Shown here in pieces: positions 27,101-39,900 of a stretch of 64,000 bases of DNA (positions within the stretch are counted from its first letter, which is position 1; every line of letters starts with the position of its first letter). A model generated the notes under the pieces. The model saw only the letters and a list, made by a program, of their open reading frames with translations, was not told the DNA's origin and made no database searches. The stretch covers positions 1,984,001-2,048,000 of the forward strand of contig NC_135257.1 in the NCBI RefSeq assembly GCF_964204865.1. The letters are read 5' to 3'. The position numbers were made by a program, and so were the translations under genes. The stretch comes from Styela clava. Its lineage: Eukaryota.

Positions 27101-30100
27101 TATATTTGATTACAAGTCATAGGGCAAATACCCGCTCATATGTATCGCAGTAAAACCATGGAGCATTCCATTTCCAACATCCTATTTGGTAGAAAAAGGT
27201 TTTCATCTATGACGTTATTGCTATCGAAACAAAGAAATCGCCTTTCCATCAGCAATTGGGAAGACATTTTTGAGATTGCACCTGACCAAAATGTCTCTAA
27301 ATATTTGATAAAAAATTTGATGAAGAACCCTAAGTTCTTCTATCTTATTAAAAACCCTGTGTATTATAATTAGTCTATTTGTTTGTAATAAATCTGTTTG
27401 TACCTTACATTTTTTGTATTATCGAGGGACAATGATGATGTAAAGGGTACTGTAAATAGGCAATAATGGGTAAAAGTTTGAGAATCCCTGGGCTAGATCA
27501 TGCAGCTGAGTATTAGAAACATGTTTGCCACCACACGATGGAATCATTTACTGATAAACTACTCCCATAACTGCCTCGACTGTTCAGCTTATTTTCTATA
27601 TTCTCTGATATCATAATACATTAAACCATATCTCACAACCTGGAATTTTCTCCACCATCGAACAATTCCCATATACAACCTAGATTGACAATGGATCGAG
27701 GACATGTTCTATCGTGGTTGAGTCAACTTGTATTTTTACCATTTTTTTCTGGCCCCGAAAAAATGATTGTTTCTAAGAAAATTTGCTCAAAAATTAAAGA
27801 GAATGATTCCTAAGCAAACCTCTGGATGACCACAAAAATGTCAGGAGCTACTAACACTATAAAGCATTATGGTGTGAATTGTGCTAAATACCAATTGACG
27901 TTAGACTTGAAGCAGTTTGTGTCAATACGATCAGGAAAATTGCTATGAGGTAGTGAATTATGCATACCTGAAGTTCTTCAAAAAAATGGTATAGAATTTG
28001 AAAAAAAACAGAATAGATGGTACCCACCTGATATTGCCATTTTATGTACAGCGACTGCAAATTCGTCAACTTGTTTCTTAAGTAATTCATGATGAGCTAG
28101 ACCAGTCTAAACAAAAATAAAGACAGTGATGAATTAACCATTATGTATTATTCAAAGCCATATATTCTAAATTTTAAGAATTAATCTCAATTAATGACAC
28201 TATCATAAAAACAACCTATTTAGGATAAAAAACCACAAAGAAAAAAAAGATTTTATAATACCAAAATACAAAAAGAATAATCTTAATAACAATCATTCTG
28301 GTGCCATAACACTAGAAACCTGGGTACAATTTTGAGGGTTTAAAGACAAAGTGTCGAATGTTGAAACATTACAAAGGAATGGGTTCTCTTCAAACTAGTA
28401 TCTAATGATAGTTTGAAACAATATTCGATCAAGTATTTCAATGATAAGTACCAATAGTTGAAAAAGAAAAATATATGATTTCTTTTATTTTCTCAAAATA
28501 GCCTTTTCAAGTTTTGCCCTTTAGGATTTACACCCTTGTATTGCAGTGATGTTCTAAATATCATAAAATTGATTTTTTTTGACCCATTATTAATTGTGTC
28601 TTTATTTTACAAGAAAAAAAATTACCTCCACAGTATTTTGTATATTAACAACAGATAATACATTATTTGTTTCGTCTTCATCTTCAGATTCACTATCTTG
28701 TATTTTACCAACTCTTGCATAATGACTACTATAGTCTATATGCAGTTGAATCGCCTGTGCCCATTTCTGAAAAGATTATTATTCAGGTAGAACTTTAAAA
28801 AAAGGTCAGGGAAAATCACAATAAGGAATATCAAATATTTGGTGTTTCTGATTATAATGGGAGAATTAAGTTGTCAAATTTATGAGCTCTATTTGGTATG
28901 CTTTAAATAAGACTATAGGCCTCATTGTGCCATTGACCGGAGGCAATTCACCAAAGTATCTGAAAGCAATATATGAAAGTTTCTTCTAACCTGCCGGCTG
29001 ATATGAGCTTCAGGTCCTTTTTTAACTTGTAAATAATGTATTGAATCATCAAAAAATAATATTTGAAAGGAATGTGTGTTGTCTTCTCTCACCTAGATGC
29101 ATAATAAAAACAAATGAACACAAAAAATAAACGTTTGCAACTGAGAATTCAACCATACAAAAATAAAATTGAGAGTCAAGACCTGACAAAGGGATGGCCA
29201 ACTAAAAGTTAATAGAATGGATAGGCATCTTTGAATGATTGAAAGTGGATTTTAAATTTACTTTAAGACAATTAGATCAAAATTTACAAAGATCAATATT
29301 GAATTTCTAAACATTTCACACAGTTTTTGCTAAAAAATGGAAGCAAAACCCTATTAAAGCATTATGTTAAATGTGAAACAAATCTCTAGCAGAATTAGTA
29401 GAATAATATCTTACAGTAAGTTTTGCATCAGTTAAATACTTGAACATTCTTCTTTTACTACCAGTAACAGCATCTGCATGTCGTGCAAAATAAGATAGAA
29501 CACCTTTGTCTAATACAACCCAATGTAGTTGAGGTCGAATAAAACGTTTCTAAAAAATAAAATAAATCATACAGAAACAGCTAAATATAAAGATAAAAAC
29601 TCATATCATAATCAGAATGCTGATCCTATAAAATCAATCCACAGGTTACATAGCTATGAAAAAATGAATAATGAATCCTGCCTTGTTTAATTGATCAGTG
29701 CATTCTGAATAAAAAATATTATGGATCACCCGAATTCAGCAGAATGGAAACTATATCAATGAAACTGGTGGAATAGGCTATGCAACACAGACAATTTAAT
29801 TTGTATCAAATGAGTTTACAGCAGGTTATAGCTTACAAGCTAGTAAGGGGGTGATGCAAAGAAACATTTGGAACTCTAGTACTCACAATCATCAGTCTTG
29901 GAGCACCTTGCCTAATAACCAGACATGGGAAATGTGAAAATTGCCAGATTTTTATGTGATTTAGTGGTACGGTATACAGTGTAACACGATTTATACATTG
30001 TTCCATGAAAGCCCTTTCAAAACTTTTTCTGTGTGATAGGCTACTTATTTGATCTTTATTCTCTGCTCCAAACAAGGCCATGTACAAGCAACCACTGATA

Positions 30101-33100
30101 TCTAATGATGTGCAAGGAACTACCATTTTTGCAATGACTGTAATCTTTTTGTTTCGCCATTGCCTACACAATAACATACACCGCGGGTGAGGTGTTGGAC
30201 ATGGATTTCAACTCCAGATGTGCATCAGAGAAAGATTTAATGCTTTAAGCTCCAGGCCCAAAACAAAATAATAAAATAAATGTCACACAAAATAATCAAA
30301 GGCAAAAGCTACTTCCACTTTCTTTGAAGTAATTGACATTATAAGCAGCCTGAAAAAAAATTACTAAAAAGATGATTAAAATCAACGCTCACCCTATAAA
30401 TAAATCCTTCAAATCTGTGAACACATTTAACAGAGTTTTGTATAGGTTGAACATCAAGAAGTCGGCGTAGTTGTTCTGTTTTGCACATATCAATGGCAGT
30501 GTTTCCTGATAACAAAAAAAATATTACAATATCAGAAAAGCTAAATACATTTAAAAAAAAAACAGCAACTCGAAAATATTACTATAATCAAAATGAGTAA
30601 AATCCTAGATTTTTTAGATGAAGCTTATTCTTGTCTTTACTCTGCATTAGGCCCTGTAGAAGCAGCCACTGCAACCCAGCAAGATGTACGGAGCTACTAA
30701 CTTTGGAATGATTAGAATCTTTTCGGTTTTGCATTGCCTACTCAATTTATTATATGGGTGAAGTGATCGTCATCAAGAGATTTGAGAGTGTAGTCTGCGG
30801 TGCCAACACACTTAAAGTCTAACAATTTAATTGCCATGCCATCGCGCATACATGAAAATTAGTTTATCAAATGGCAATGTAAGAATGCATCTGTATCAGA
30901 CAAATATTGGCAACATATCAATGTTGGACATTGAACCTTAATAAAAGCGAAGTTTGGCGGGTCAATTCACGTAATGGATCATTCAAATCACAACTCATTG
31001 GCCATTGGAGTTTGTTAAAGCTAGTGAATTGTAGATTTTTTTAAATACAATATTTACTTAAAATGTTGAATCATATTTTCTACCAGAAATTTTTTGCTAC
31101 TTCAAAGATACAAAATTGTCTTCCAGGCATGAGTCCAGTCCCCATAGTGGTTATTTGAGTCCAACAATCAAGATATTTTGTTTAAATAATTCAAGTCAAT
31201 TTAAGTCTGAACCATGTCTCTCACCAGCACTTTAACATATAACAGGGTGGTCCAAGGTTATGAGATTGAAGGGCCGCAAAAAATTTCGAGGTAGCCTTGT
31301 GGGTCGCAGTGGGGAAAACCTAGAAGTCAGCAAAATTTTTTTGTTCTTATCAGCCTATTGGTATGTTGCATAGGTGGTGTTTTTGATTATTTATTTTGAG
31401 GAAAATATATAGAGCATAAACAAAACAATGTATCGTTTCCTGTTTTCGGCTACTGCTTCAGATCTGCGTTTCATCACTGGGGTGAAGGGGTGTGTCTGTA
31501 CTAAAATAAAGGCACAAAACGTCTTTCCAGATAAGGAGTTGCTTGACTCGAGTTTGAGGTGCGAAGTTGAGATGAAAAGCGTGAATTATCTCATCGGCCG
31601 GGCCCCGTCTGCACAAGACAATTCATTCTCTTCACCCCTCTTCTTTTCGCATTATTGCTCCACACAATATTTCACTTATTATCGCTTCATTAATTTTAGA
31701 AAACAAAGTGCATGTACGGCTGTCTTAACATGTACCCGTAAGGGCCTATCGACACGCGTTCGTACCGATCACAGGTCGTCATTACCATATTGGCACCGCC
31801 TTGACGTTTATATATAAAACCTTGAAATTCCGTGATTTCAACAAATATCATTCCCGACATCGAGATTAGGACAAGGGTTTAAACCTTGAATCCCGACCCC
31901 AGTTTCAATAGTTGGGGAAACTAAGAAATGTTTTGCTAATAAATACAAATATCTGCCAATGTTTTACCTTAGTGCACGCTAAAATTTTCTGCGGGCCGCA
32001 GGGAATGTGTCAACGGGGCGCATGCAGCCCGTGTGTCAAAGTTTGGACCACACTGACATATAATAAACACAACCACACTCTAGTAATCTCATTAGTAAGC
32101 ATTTACCTACCTTCTTTATTAGCTATAGAAGAATCGCCACCGTGATGTAATAAATAAACTGCAACTGACTGATTATCTCTCATAGCAGCATAGTGTAATG
32201 GTGTATTTCCTAGTTCGTCAGCTGTATTTGCATTTATAATATCTGGATGTGTAGACAACTAGTTATGCAACATAATAAGCAATGTTAATCAATTATAACG
32301 AGAGGAAGGAAACGTATCATGAATAAAAGTAAATAAAATCTGACTATATATTAATATATATGTTGATTTCAGATAGTGTAATAGGCCAGTGATTTTCAAC
32401 CGGTGTTCCGCGACGGCACATTTAATTAGATTCCTAATAAACTGCTGAACTTACAGTGTCCACAATAATATCAACATTTCCATCTTTAGCAGCGTTTAAT
32501 ATTCTTTCAGACAATTTCTTGATCTGTGTTTTCTCTGAGGCTGAAATTAAAGTTTATCTTGAACATTGTAGGGCATAAAATATTGTTCTTCGGTTAATAT
32601 ACACAAAACATAGTAACTAGCTGGGTTTGGAGTTGATCTACTAAATGTTGTAGTGCATATACCGTAGTTTTGTTTTACCTCAAATGATATTGAGATTTCC
32701 GCTTGGTGGCGATAGAGTACCATAGAACTATCGTTCCATTGCAATATTTTTTTTTGAAGGCATAATATGACCCTGCAATAGACAAATATTTGTTTCTATG
32801 GCGTATTTTTATGCCTCTTGCCCCGGAAAGGCTCTGCACAAGCAGTCACTGCTAGGCAAAAAGATACAGTTAAACTCCAGTTTACAAGAACCGGAACCTT
32901 CGTGGTTCAGCGTTGCCTACACAATTTATTACAACCTAAGTGAGGTGGTGGGCATGAGATTTGAACCAAATATTTTAACCAGTGATGCCATCATAGAAGG
33001 CTTACCTCTTGGGTAAGGGATGAGGGAACATTCACATATTACAGTTACAGTATTTGAATATACGCTGTAGCACAAAGCTAAACAATACTATAATATCAAC

Positions 33101-34466
33101 ATTCAAAAATCCACCTTGTAAAATATTCTTGATATGCTGATCACAAGCAACATCACTTGCTTTATTTCTTTCATCATTTTTTATGAAAAGATTTGCATTA
33201 TATTCCAATATTTTATGAACAACATCCTGAAATATATCAATGAGCAACAAATAAGTATCTTTTAATATTTAGAAGACTAATAGGAGAAATTGCATTACTG
33301 CGACTTATAGCAGTGTTGCTGATAGCAAAGAATTATGGAGCAGTTATCACACTTTACCTTCAACATTTTTAATTTGTCAGATTCATGTGCAATTGTAAAA
33401 AGCTATGAAAAAGTACAATGAATTATGAATAATAACGATTATTACATAACTTGCTGGAATCAATAGATTGCTGTGGAAAATGCAAAGTTTGAGATGTCAG
33501 TTCAGTTCAGCCACAGATATTTTTATTATAAACTGAAACCTGTTGGACAATTTGGCTAAATTGATTTAAGATTGAATCTGACTAAAATGTGTTGTCCAAA
33601 TATCAAAAAATCGTTGAAGACCAACAAGATTATCTATCTCATCAAAAAAAAAAAATACACTATGTATATAATTAATTTCACTTTGTAAGTTTGTATTTCA
33701 CTTTTGTATTGTCAAGTCCAATAGAAGAATTTAATAAATCTTGTAGACTATAATAAAAACCATCCTCACTTCTCGACTTGTAAATGCAGCTTTGTGTAAA
33801 GGAGTATCTCCAGTAAAATTTCTGACATCAGGATTTGCATTAGATGAAAGAAGATAGTTAACTACATCAAGATGTCCAAAATAACTTGCTAAATGTAACG
33901 ATGTCCATCCTCGGTTATGCTTTGCTTTACCTAAACAAGAATAAGTTATTCAAGCTAATATAGGATAATGAGCCAGACCAGGTTTGAAATAAATATGATT
34001 TGCTAAATCAAGAAATTGACTGGATTGAGTCTGACTAAGTCTGGGAGCAGATAGAATAGAATAATAAACCTCATATGAAATTGCACATCTTAACCATAAT
34101 AATGGGCTAAACATTTCCAAAGATGACACAAAACATATCAGGTACCTGCATCTGGAATGAAAACTGGTCTAATTGTGAAAAAATCTTGTAGAACCATAAG
34201 ATCACACTCACACAGTATCCAATTATAAGTCTGCCATATGTCTAATTCAACAAGACATTTTAGGTTTTAGATAAAATTTAATATCCCTTAGGCCCTAAGG
34301 TTTAGGGTTATGTCAGTATCGATAACTGATAAGGTAGTAACTAATAATAGCAAAAGCAACCTTTGCAATTGATATCTAATCTAGGATTTTCTTGTCTCAA
34401 TTTCTTGATATTTTCAACTTCACCATTTCTTGCGAATGCCAGAAATTCACTCTCTATTTCATCCAT
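6126..34466 (-). CDS. OSBPL1A: Oxysterol-binding protein-related protein 1, long form (ORP1L): ankyrin repeats, PH domain, FFAT motif, ORD
   Basis: 25 frame-consistent exons: 34466-34361, 33930-33770, 33226-33115, 32540-32455, 32258-32111, 30505-30393, 29549-29415, 29092-28991, 28766-28626, 28106-28028, 26921-26806, 16583-16402, 15369-15296, 13698-13358, 12929-12786, 11721-11587, 10900-10803, 10486-10304, 9741-9634, 9125-9036, 8377-8257, 7697-7584, 7267-7144, 6587-6497, 6228-6126 (3207 nt, 1068 aa). Motifs: ankyrin GWTSLHLASYFGH/GDTPLHKAAFT, PH WVVLDKGVLSYF, FFAT EDQFYDAFE, ELSKITMPVIFNEPLSFLQR, KPYNPLLGETFE, the OSBP signature EQVSHHPP, and C-terminal CPDIF*. Confidence 0.95.
13838..14011. 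mobile_element. Partial TTAGGG-containing MITE, related to the 39133-39230 element
   Basis: Begins GGGTACTCCTGTAATGTGTGTACCAGGTTAGGGTTAGG, sharing the GGTACTCCTG terminus and ACCAGGTTAGGGTT motif with 39133-39230. The right TIR was not found. Confidence 0.55.
15867..15954. repeat. Local two-copy direct repeat (~52-bp period)
   Basis: GTTATTTTGCCGATATTGCGGAATTTTACTGTGA recurs as GTTATTTTGCTGATATTGTGGTATTTTACTGTGA. Confidence 0.7.
30150..30215 (-). mobile_element. tRNA-derived SINE remnant
   Basis: Minus strand TGAAATCCATGTCCAACACCTCACCCGCGGTGTATGTTATTGTGTAGGCAA aligns by eye with the copies at 32790-32992 and 50455-50560. Confidence 0.5.
31243..32055. mobile_element. Non-autonomous hAT-family element (813 bp)
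   Basis: 8-bp TSD ACATATAA at 31235-31242 and 32056-32063, TIRs CAGGGTGGTCCAA / TTGGACCACACTG, and subterminal GGGCCGCA motifs. It lies in an ORP1L intron and has no transposase ORF. Confidence 0.9.
32790..32992 (-). mobile_element. tRNA-derived SINE remnant
   Basis: Minus strand GATGGCATCACTGGTTAAAA (A-box-like) ... GGTTCAAATCTCATGCCCACCACCTCACTTAGGTTGTAATAAATTGTGTAGGCAAC (B-box plus body) is shared with two other copies in the window. Confidence 0.55.
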
Positions 34467-36788
34467 ATCAACTAACTGGAAGATATATCAAGATATATTA
34501 TTAGATTTCTATATATCTGTATATTTAATTTCTTGTCTCCAATTGTTATTACTGAATCTTGCCAATACTTTTTCATACCAAGCAAATCCATTGTTTGAGC
34601 AAGAATATAACACAAGTATTGATCAATTGATTAATGGATTAAAGACAAATACAGAAATAGGAATGAGAATCGTCCTGTAATCGGTATTGTCAGTGAGACC
34701 ATAGTGAATTTAGATTGATCTTATCATACTATAAAGAGACAGATGCTAAAATTAACAATGTCAAGTCATACAAATTTAGCTTGATGCAGCTGCATTCAGA
34801 CATTGGTTGTGCAATATATTGCCCTGTGCTTCTGACCAGCCAGCTGTAATTATTGAATATAATATGTCTGATTGATTTCATCTGAAAATTATAGCTCTCA
34901 AATAAGCAGTAAATCCACTCGCTTCCACATTGCTGATTTCTCTTGTGTGGCTTGAAAGTGTGCATAAGTGTGCTTGAATATTGCTGTATTGGTGAATCAT
35001 GTCACATCTAACTAATTAAGTATTCCAGTAATTCATGCACTAACAACTTTCACAGGGCTGAAATATTGAATTAGCCATTCTAGCTTTGAATTTACACTTG
35101 AAAAAAGCTGAAGGTCTGAAAGTCTTAATCTAACATTTAATAACATAGTTTCAACCGTTCCCAGTGTATTTGAACAGTTAAAAAATATAAAACATTGTTA
35201 TATCTAATGCAGTAATGACAATATGCGAACAGATTGCTGAAAGGCATGAGATTTACATAACAGTGGTATTCTAAAATAACACTTACAGCCCAGTCTGCCA
35301 GTAGCCTGCATTTGCTGATTTGCAGACTTTACTATATTTATTGATTATACCATTACAGCATTATAACAGTCTATATTCAGATCTTCAGCGCGTTCCCCTT
35401 CACCCAATCATTGAAACATCTACTCGCAGTTTTATCTTTTGTTTTTCAGGTTACTTCAAAGTGATTAAATGAAGTAAAACACATAAAGAAAAAATCAAAC
35501 AAAGACTCCGATATCCTGTAAAATGACAACCTTATTCCTATATCCTTGTCTGAAATCAATACCCAAGAATGTAAAATCTCACTTACACCTTTTGTAACCA
35601 ATTTATTTCCATATCCTACTTTACTTAATTATAGTAATTTTACTGTTACCGGTAACTTTGATTACTTTTTACAATTTGGGGAATGAAATGGTCTCGCCCA
35701 CCTCTTCATGTACCCAATTCTGGCAACTTTGGTTGGGCAACTTGGCATTTGACTCCAACTATAATCAGCTTGGCAATATGTTTTCAATAGAATCTTCGTT
35801 TATATTTTAATAAACGGTTAGAAGATCGATCAATTTGGCAATGGCAACCATTACAAAAATATCAATATGGTGTGGCAAATATTTTTTTTGTTTACTGTAT
35901 AATATACCCTAAATTTATCGCGTTTTATTCTTACCTAAATAACTTCTCAGTGGTTGTGTGTGTGTGGCTGGTGGGTGCATGTGAGCGTGTTCGAAATAAC
36001 TTAATAATTTTAGGTGAATAAACACGTACCACTTCCTCTTGGCAAAACCTTCCATCTTATATTTTGTACGTTATAAACCTTATCTTTTTCGTTTGCTCCC
36101 CTGATTTCATAATCAGTTCTTATTTATTTGTTTTTATCTGTCAAATGTATTGTTATGCTGATTATGGAGTCTAAATAAATTTATACTTAACGTTATATAG
36201 GCTACTTATTTACTCATAATTCATATCCATAACCTCATGTAGCCTATATTGAGCATTGCTGGAACCAGGATATACCGGTCGTTTTTGTCTATGATTACAG
36301 ATTAGATGAAGGGTACTGGGGTAAGATCAGAAGAATTAATTTAATGAATATAATCTTTAGAAAAATTGATTTTTAAATATATAATATATTCTGAACATAA
36401 GGACCCTGATAAAATTTGGCCTATAATTTTTATTTTATTGCATAATGACATTATTTTGTAATAAAATACAGTAGTATCTAATGCTTGGAATATAAACTTC
36501 AGTTGTTTATCAGTGTTTTGGAATACAAAAATCAGAAAATGTTAGCATTGGTTTCGACTTTACTCTGTATCCATGCTTCCGAAAACAAACAATACAGTAA
36601 AAACTAATCCCATACCGGTACCACTTATCACGACGAGACGCTTTAGCAACGAGATCAGGGGCTGTTCCGAGCACCATAAAATCCCCTTCGAACCAAATAA
36701 ACAAAGTGAGAAGCAGCTGATCTTACTCAACCAGAAAATCGATGAAACATATTTTGCTTATCGACCATTTTTCGTTGTCTGGGCTTCG

Positions 36789-36802
36789 GTTGTCATAACA
36801 AC
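36789..36802. promoter_or_regulatory. RFX X-box in the CFAP52 promoter
   Basis: GTTGTCATAACAAC matches the X-box consensus RTHNYY-WT-RRNRAC and sits ~124 bp upstream of the CFAP52 ATG. A forkhead-type ATAAACA lies at 36697-36703. Confidence 0.75.
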
Positions 36803-36925
36803 GTTTCAGCAGCTTACGGAACGGCGTTCCTTCTTGCTCATTTTGAATGCTTTGCCGTTTTCCAGGAAGAAACTTATCGCTCTCTCTTTTGTTACCTTAT
36901 TTTTAACGTTAAAAAGGGTTCCATA

Positions 36926-39900
36926 ATGGCGGAATCAATAGAAGATATTTCCAGGTTGGAACTGGTTTCTACCATTGGATTTAATGGACATGTAGAAGGA
37001 GGACTTGCGATTCATCCAGACAGGTATGACAATCAGACAGTGTGGATATTTTAAATTTAACAACGGTAATCGAATATTACTGTAATAGCCTAGGCCTAGT
37101 TCTTAAACATTTTAACGGAATATGCTTATTTCTATTTAAAATAAACACAGTTTGCAAGACAAAACCTATATTACATGTAACTTTACTTCAATCTGTCAAT
37201 TGTAAAATCAGAATGGAATTTCTTAATCTAGATTTCACTTTACGCTCTATTTGTAATTATTTTGAACAAGAACATTGCATCTTAAATTAACTTTTTATTG
37301 TTTCCTTTGCATTGACAGCTGAACTAACTTAACCATAACATCATTAGATATTAATTTTTTTTTTCTAATATGTTTTCAACTTAATAGAATCATGAAACTG
37401 TAAAATACATGTCAAAATGCTCAACGACAATTCATACTAATTTCTAAAATCAAATTTGAGTGTCAATTTTTAATTTCTCTTTTATAAATATTAGGCAGCA
37501 CTTGATTTATCCACTTGGAAGCACAATTGTCATCAGAGATTTAAATTCTTCAGAACAGTCGTTTTTAACAGGTCATACAAACAATGTTTCTTGCATTGCT
37601 ATTTCAAAAAGCGGGAAATATATTGCTTCAGGACAGGTAAGAATAAAGTTTCTTGTAATATTGAACTTGGTGTAAAGACTTTTGATATCTTCTTCTGAAC
37701 TGCGAATTATAAAAAAAGTGTGGGATTGGACTCTGGGGTCCCTTTGTTTGAGAGAATTAAGCCTTTTTTTGCTATTCCTAGTATCAATATTTAAAATGCG
37801 GTTCACCAATAGAGCATATTCACTGGTGGAATTGGTTATTTTTGCATTACTTGATGTTTTTAATTAGAGAAGTCAATAACAGTCAGTGTGTCTGTCTGTT
37901 TAGTAATTTCTTTTCAGTTTCTTCCCGTTTGTCTTAAATTAATTCACTTCATACAGAAAAAAAGTCAATACAATTATTTTCTGGCAGTTATACTTCAGTT
38001 GAACTAAATTGTTTTTCATTTCCTATCTCTCACCTGTAGTTCATGACTTTTAAGATTTTGTCATTATATATCTGTTTTTTCTGTGACATGAAGATAGTAT
38101 AGTAATACAAATTTTACTTGCATTGTTGTTATCGTATTTATGTATTTTGTTAATGTTTTGTATAATTGTTTCAGGTGACCCATATGGGTTTTAAAGCAAG
38201 TGTTATAGTTTGGGACTGGGAGAAGCGAAGCATATACTGCCAACTTGTTCTCCATAAAGTTAAAGTTGAAGATCTTGCATTCTCACCAAATGATAAATTT
38301 CTTGTTACTTTAGGAGGGTTAGATGATGGTTCAGTTGTTGTTTGGAACTTGGAAACTAAAGACGCTGTAAGTTGATTTATTTCACTCACAAAAAGACTCT
38401 CTACACAGTGAATCTAGTAAATATTGAGTTTTGAGTATCCAATGAAAAAAACTAGTGAGAGGAAGCTCCTGGTTTTTGATAAAATGAGTCCTTCGGTATA
38501 TAAGGTTATAAAATCAATTTCATTTCACAGTTTTAGAAGTAGGCTACATAAAAAGTTCTATTCACATGCTTCAGCAAAATTTTAGGCAGTATACTCACAC
38601 CATCCACTAACTATTTCAAATTAGAGTAGATAGTGCAATATTGCATCCATGTTTGCAGGTTTGTGGTTCACCAGCAGCTGTACAGTCAGCAGGAACAACA
38701 TACTCAGTAAAATATGCAAATTGCAGAGATGATCTGTTTGTTACTGGAGGTGATGGAACATTAAGAGTTTGGGAACTTGATCTTGCAAATCGAAAAATTC
38801 GACCAATTGAATGCAACATGGGACAACTGAAAAGAATTGTCAAATGCATTGAAGTATGAAATTTATTATTGTCTTAACTGTATAAGGGAACAATATTGCA
38901 ATATTCAAGCAAACATAAGAGTATATATGCTACTAGAGGATGATACAACGTTTTTTCTTCATCATGAATTTTGTTTTTAGAATTTTCAAGTTATTTGAAA
39001 CATTCTTGGTCAACAGTCATGTATTTTCAACAAAGCAATCATTAAGAATTATTCATATCTCGATTCTAGAAAAACCTAAATTTTATGCAAATACTATCTA
39101 TACCTGAGTAAATTGGATGGCATGTAAAAATGGGTACTCCTGAAGTATGTGCACCAATATGTCACACAACCTGAACCCTAACCTGGTACAAAACCTGAGT
39201 TCAGGTTGTGCGCCATACTTCAGGAGGTCCTAAAAATGCCTGACTCAATTTTATGAACTGGTAGTCTGAACTAGACCCTTGCGAGTGTTATTTAATTACT
39301 TTTGAAAAGTCAGTTCTGGGAGTTTCAAGACAACCTTAATCTAAAAAATGTGACTCTGGAATAAAAATTGTGAATTTGCAAACATCTATATTTTTATTTA
39401 GGTTGATGAAAAAGATCAATTTTTTTACTGTGGAACTACAAGTGGAGATATTTTGAAAATTAATATGAAAACAAAATTGCTTAGTAACTTTGGACCAGCA
39501 AAAGGAAAATTTAGTCGTGGGCTTGCTGATATGAAAGTAAGTTTAACATTACAAGGTTTATCGAACATAAATGCACAGAATCATTAGGCTTTATTGACTT
39601 TTGATACTTTGGAATATATATTTAAAATGTTCATAACTCAAAAATTGCTGGATAATATGAGATTCTATACTAACATGTATTAGGTTGTTAAAATTGGCAA
39701 TTAATTTTAAATTTTGACTCAGCTAGTTTATCTGTACAAAACAGAGACCTCAGACTCAATTCTTTATCAAATTGGGACGCTGCACTGGTTAATGTAAAAA
39801 ATTAGGGCTATCAGAAATAACCTATAAATAGTATCTTTTTTAAGAGCTTTATCCAAATTAAGGGTTCAAAATCAATCTATGAACAATAATAATACAATTT

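Noticed and set aside
31428-31817. 129-aa ORF as a transposase
   Set aside because: It lies inside the 813-bp MITE and shows no recognisable BED, DDE or dimerisation motifs.
36573-36926. 117-aa ORF upstream of CFAP52
   Set aside because: No recognisable homology, and it overlaps the promoter and X-box, so it is probably a chance ORF.
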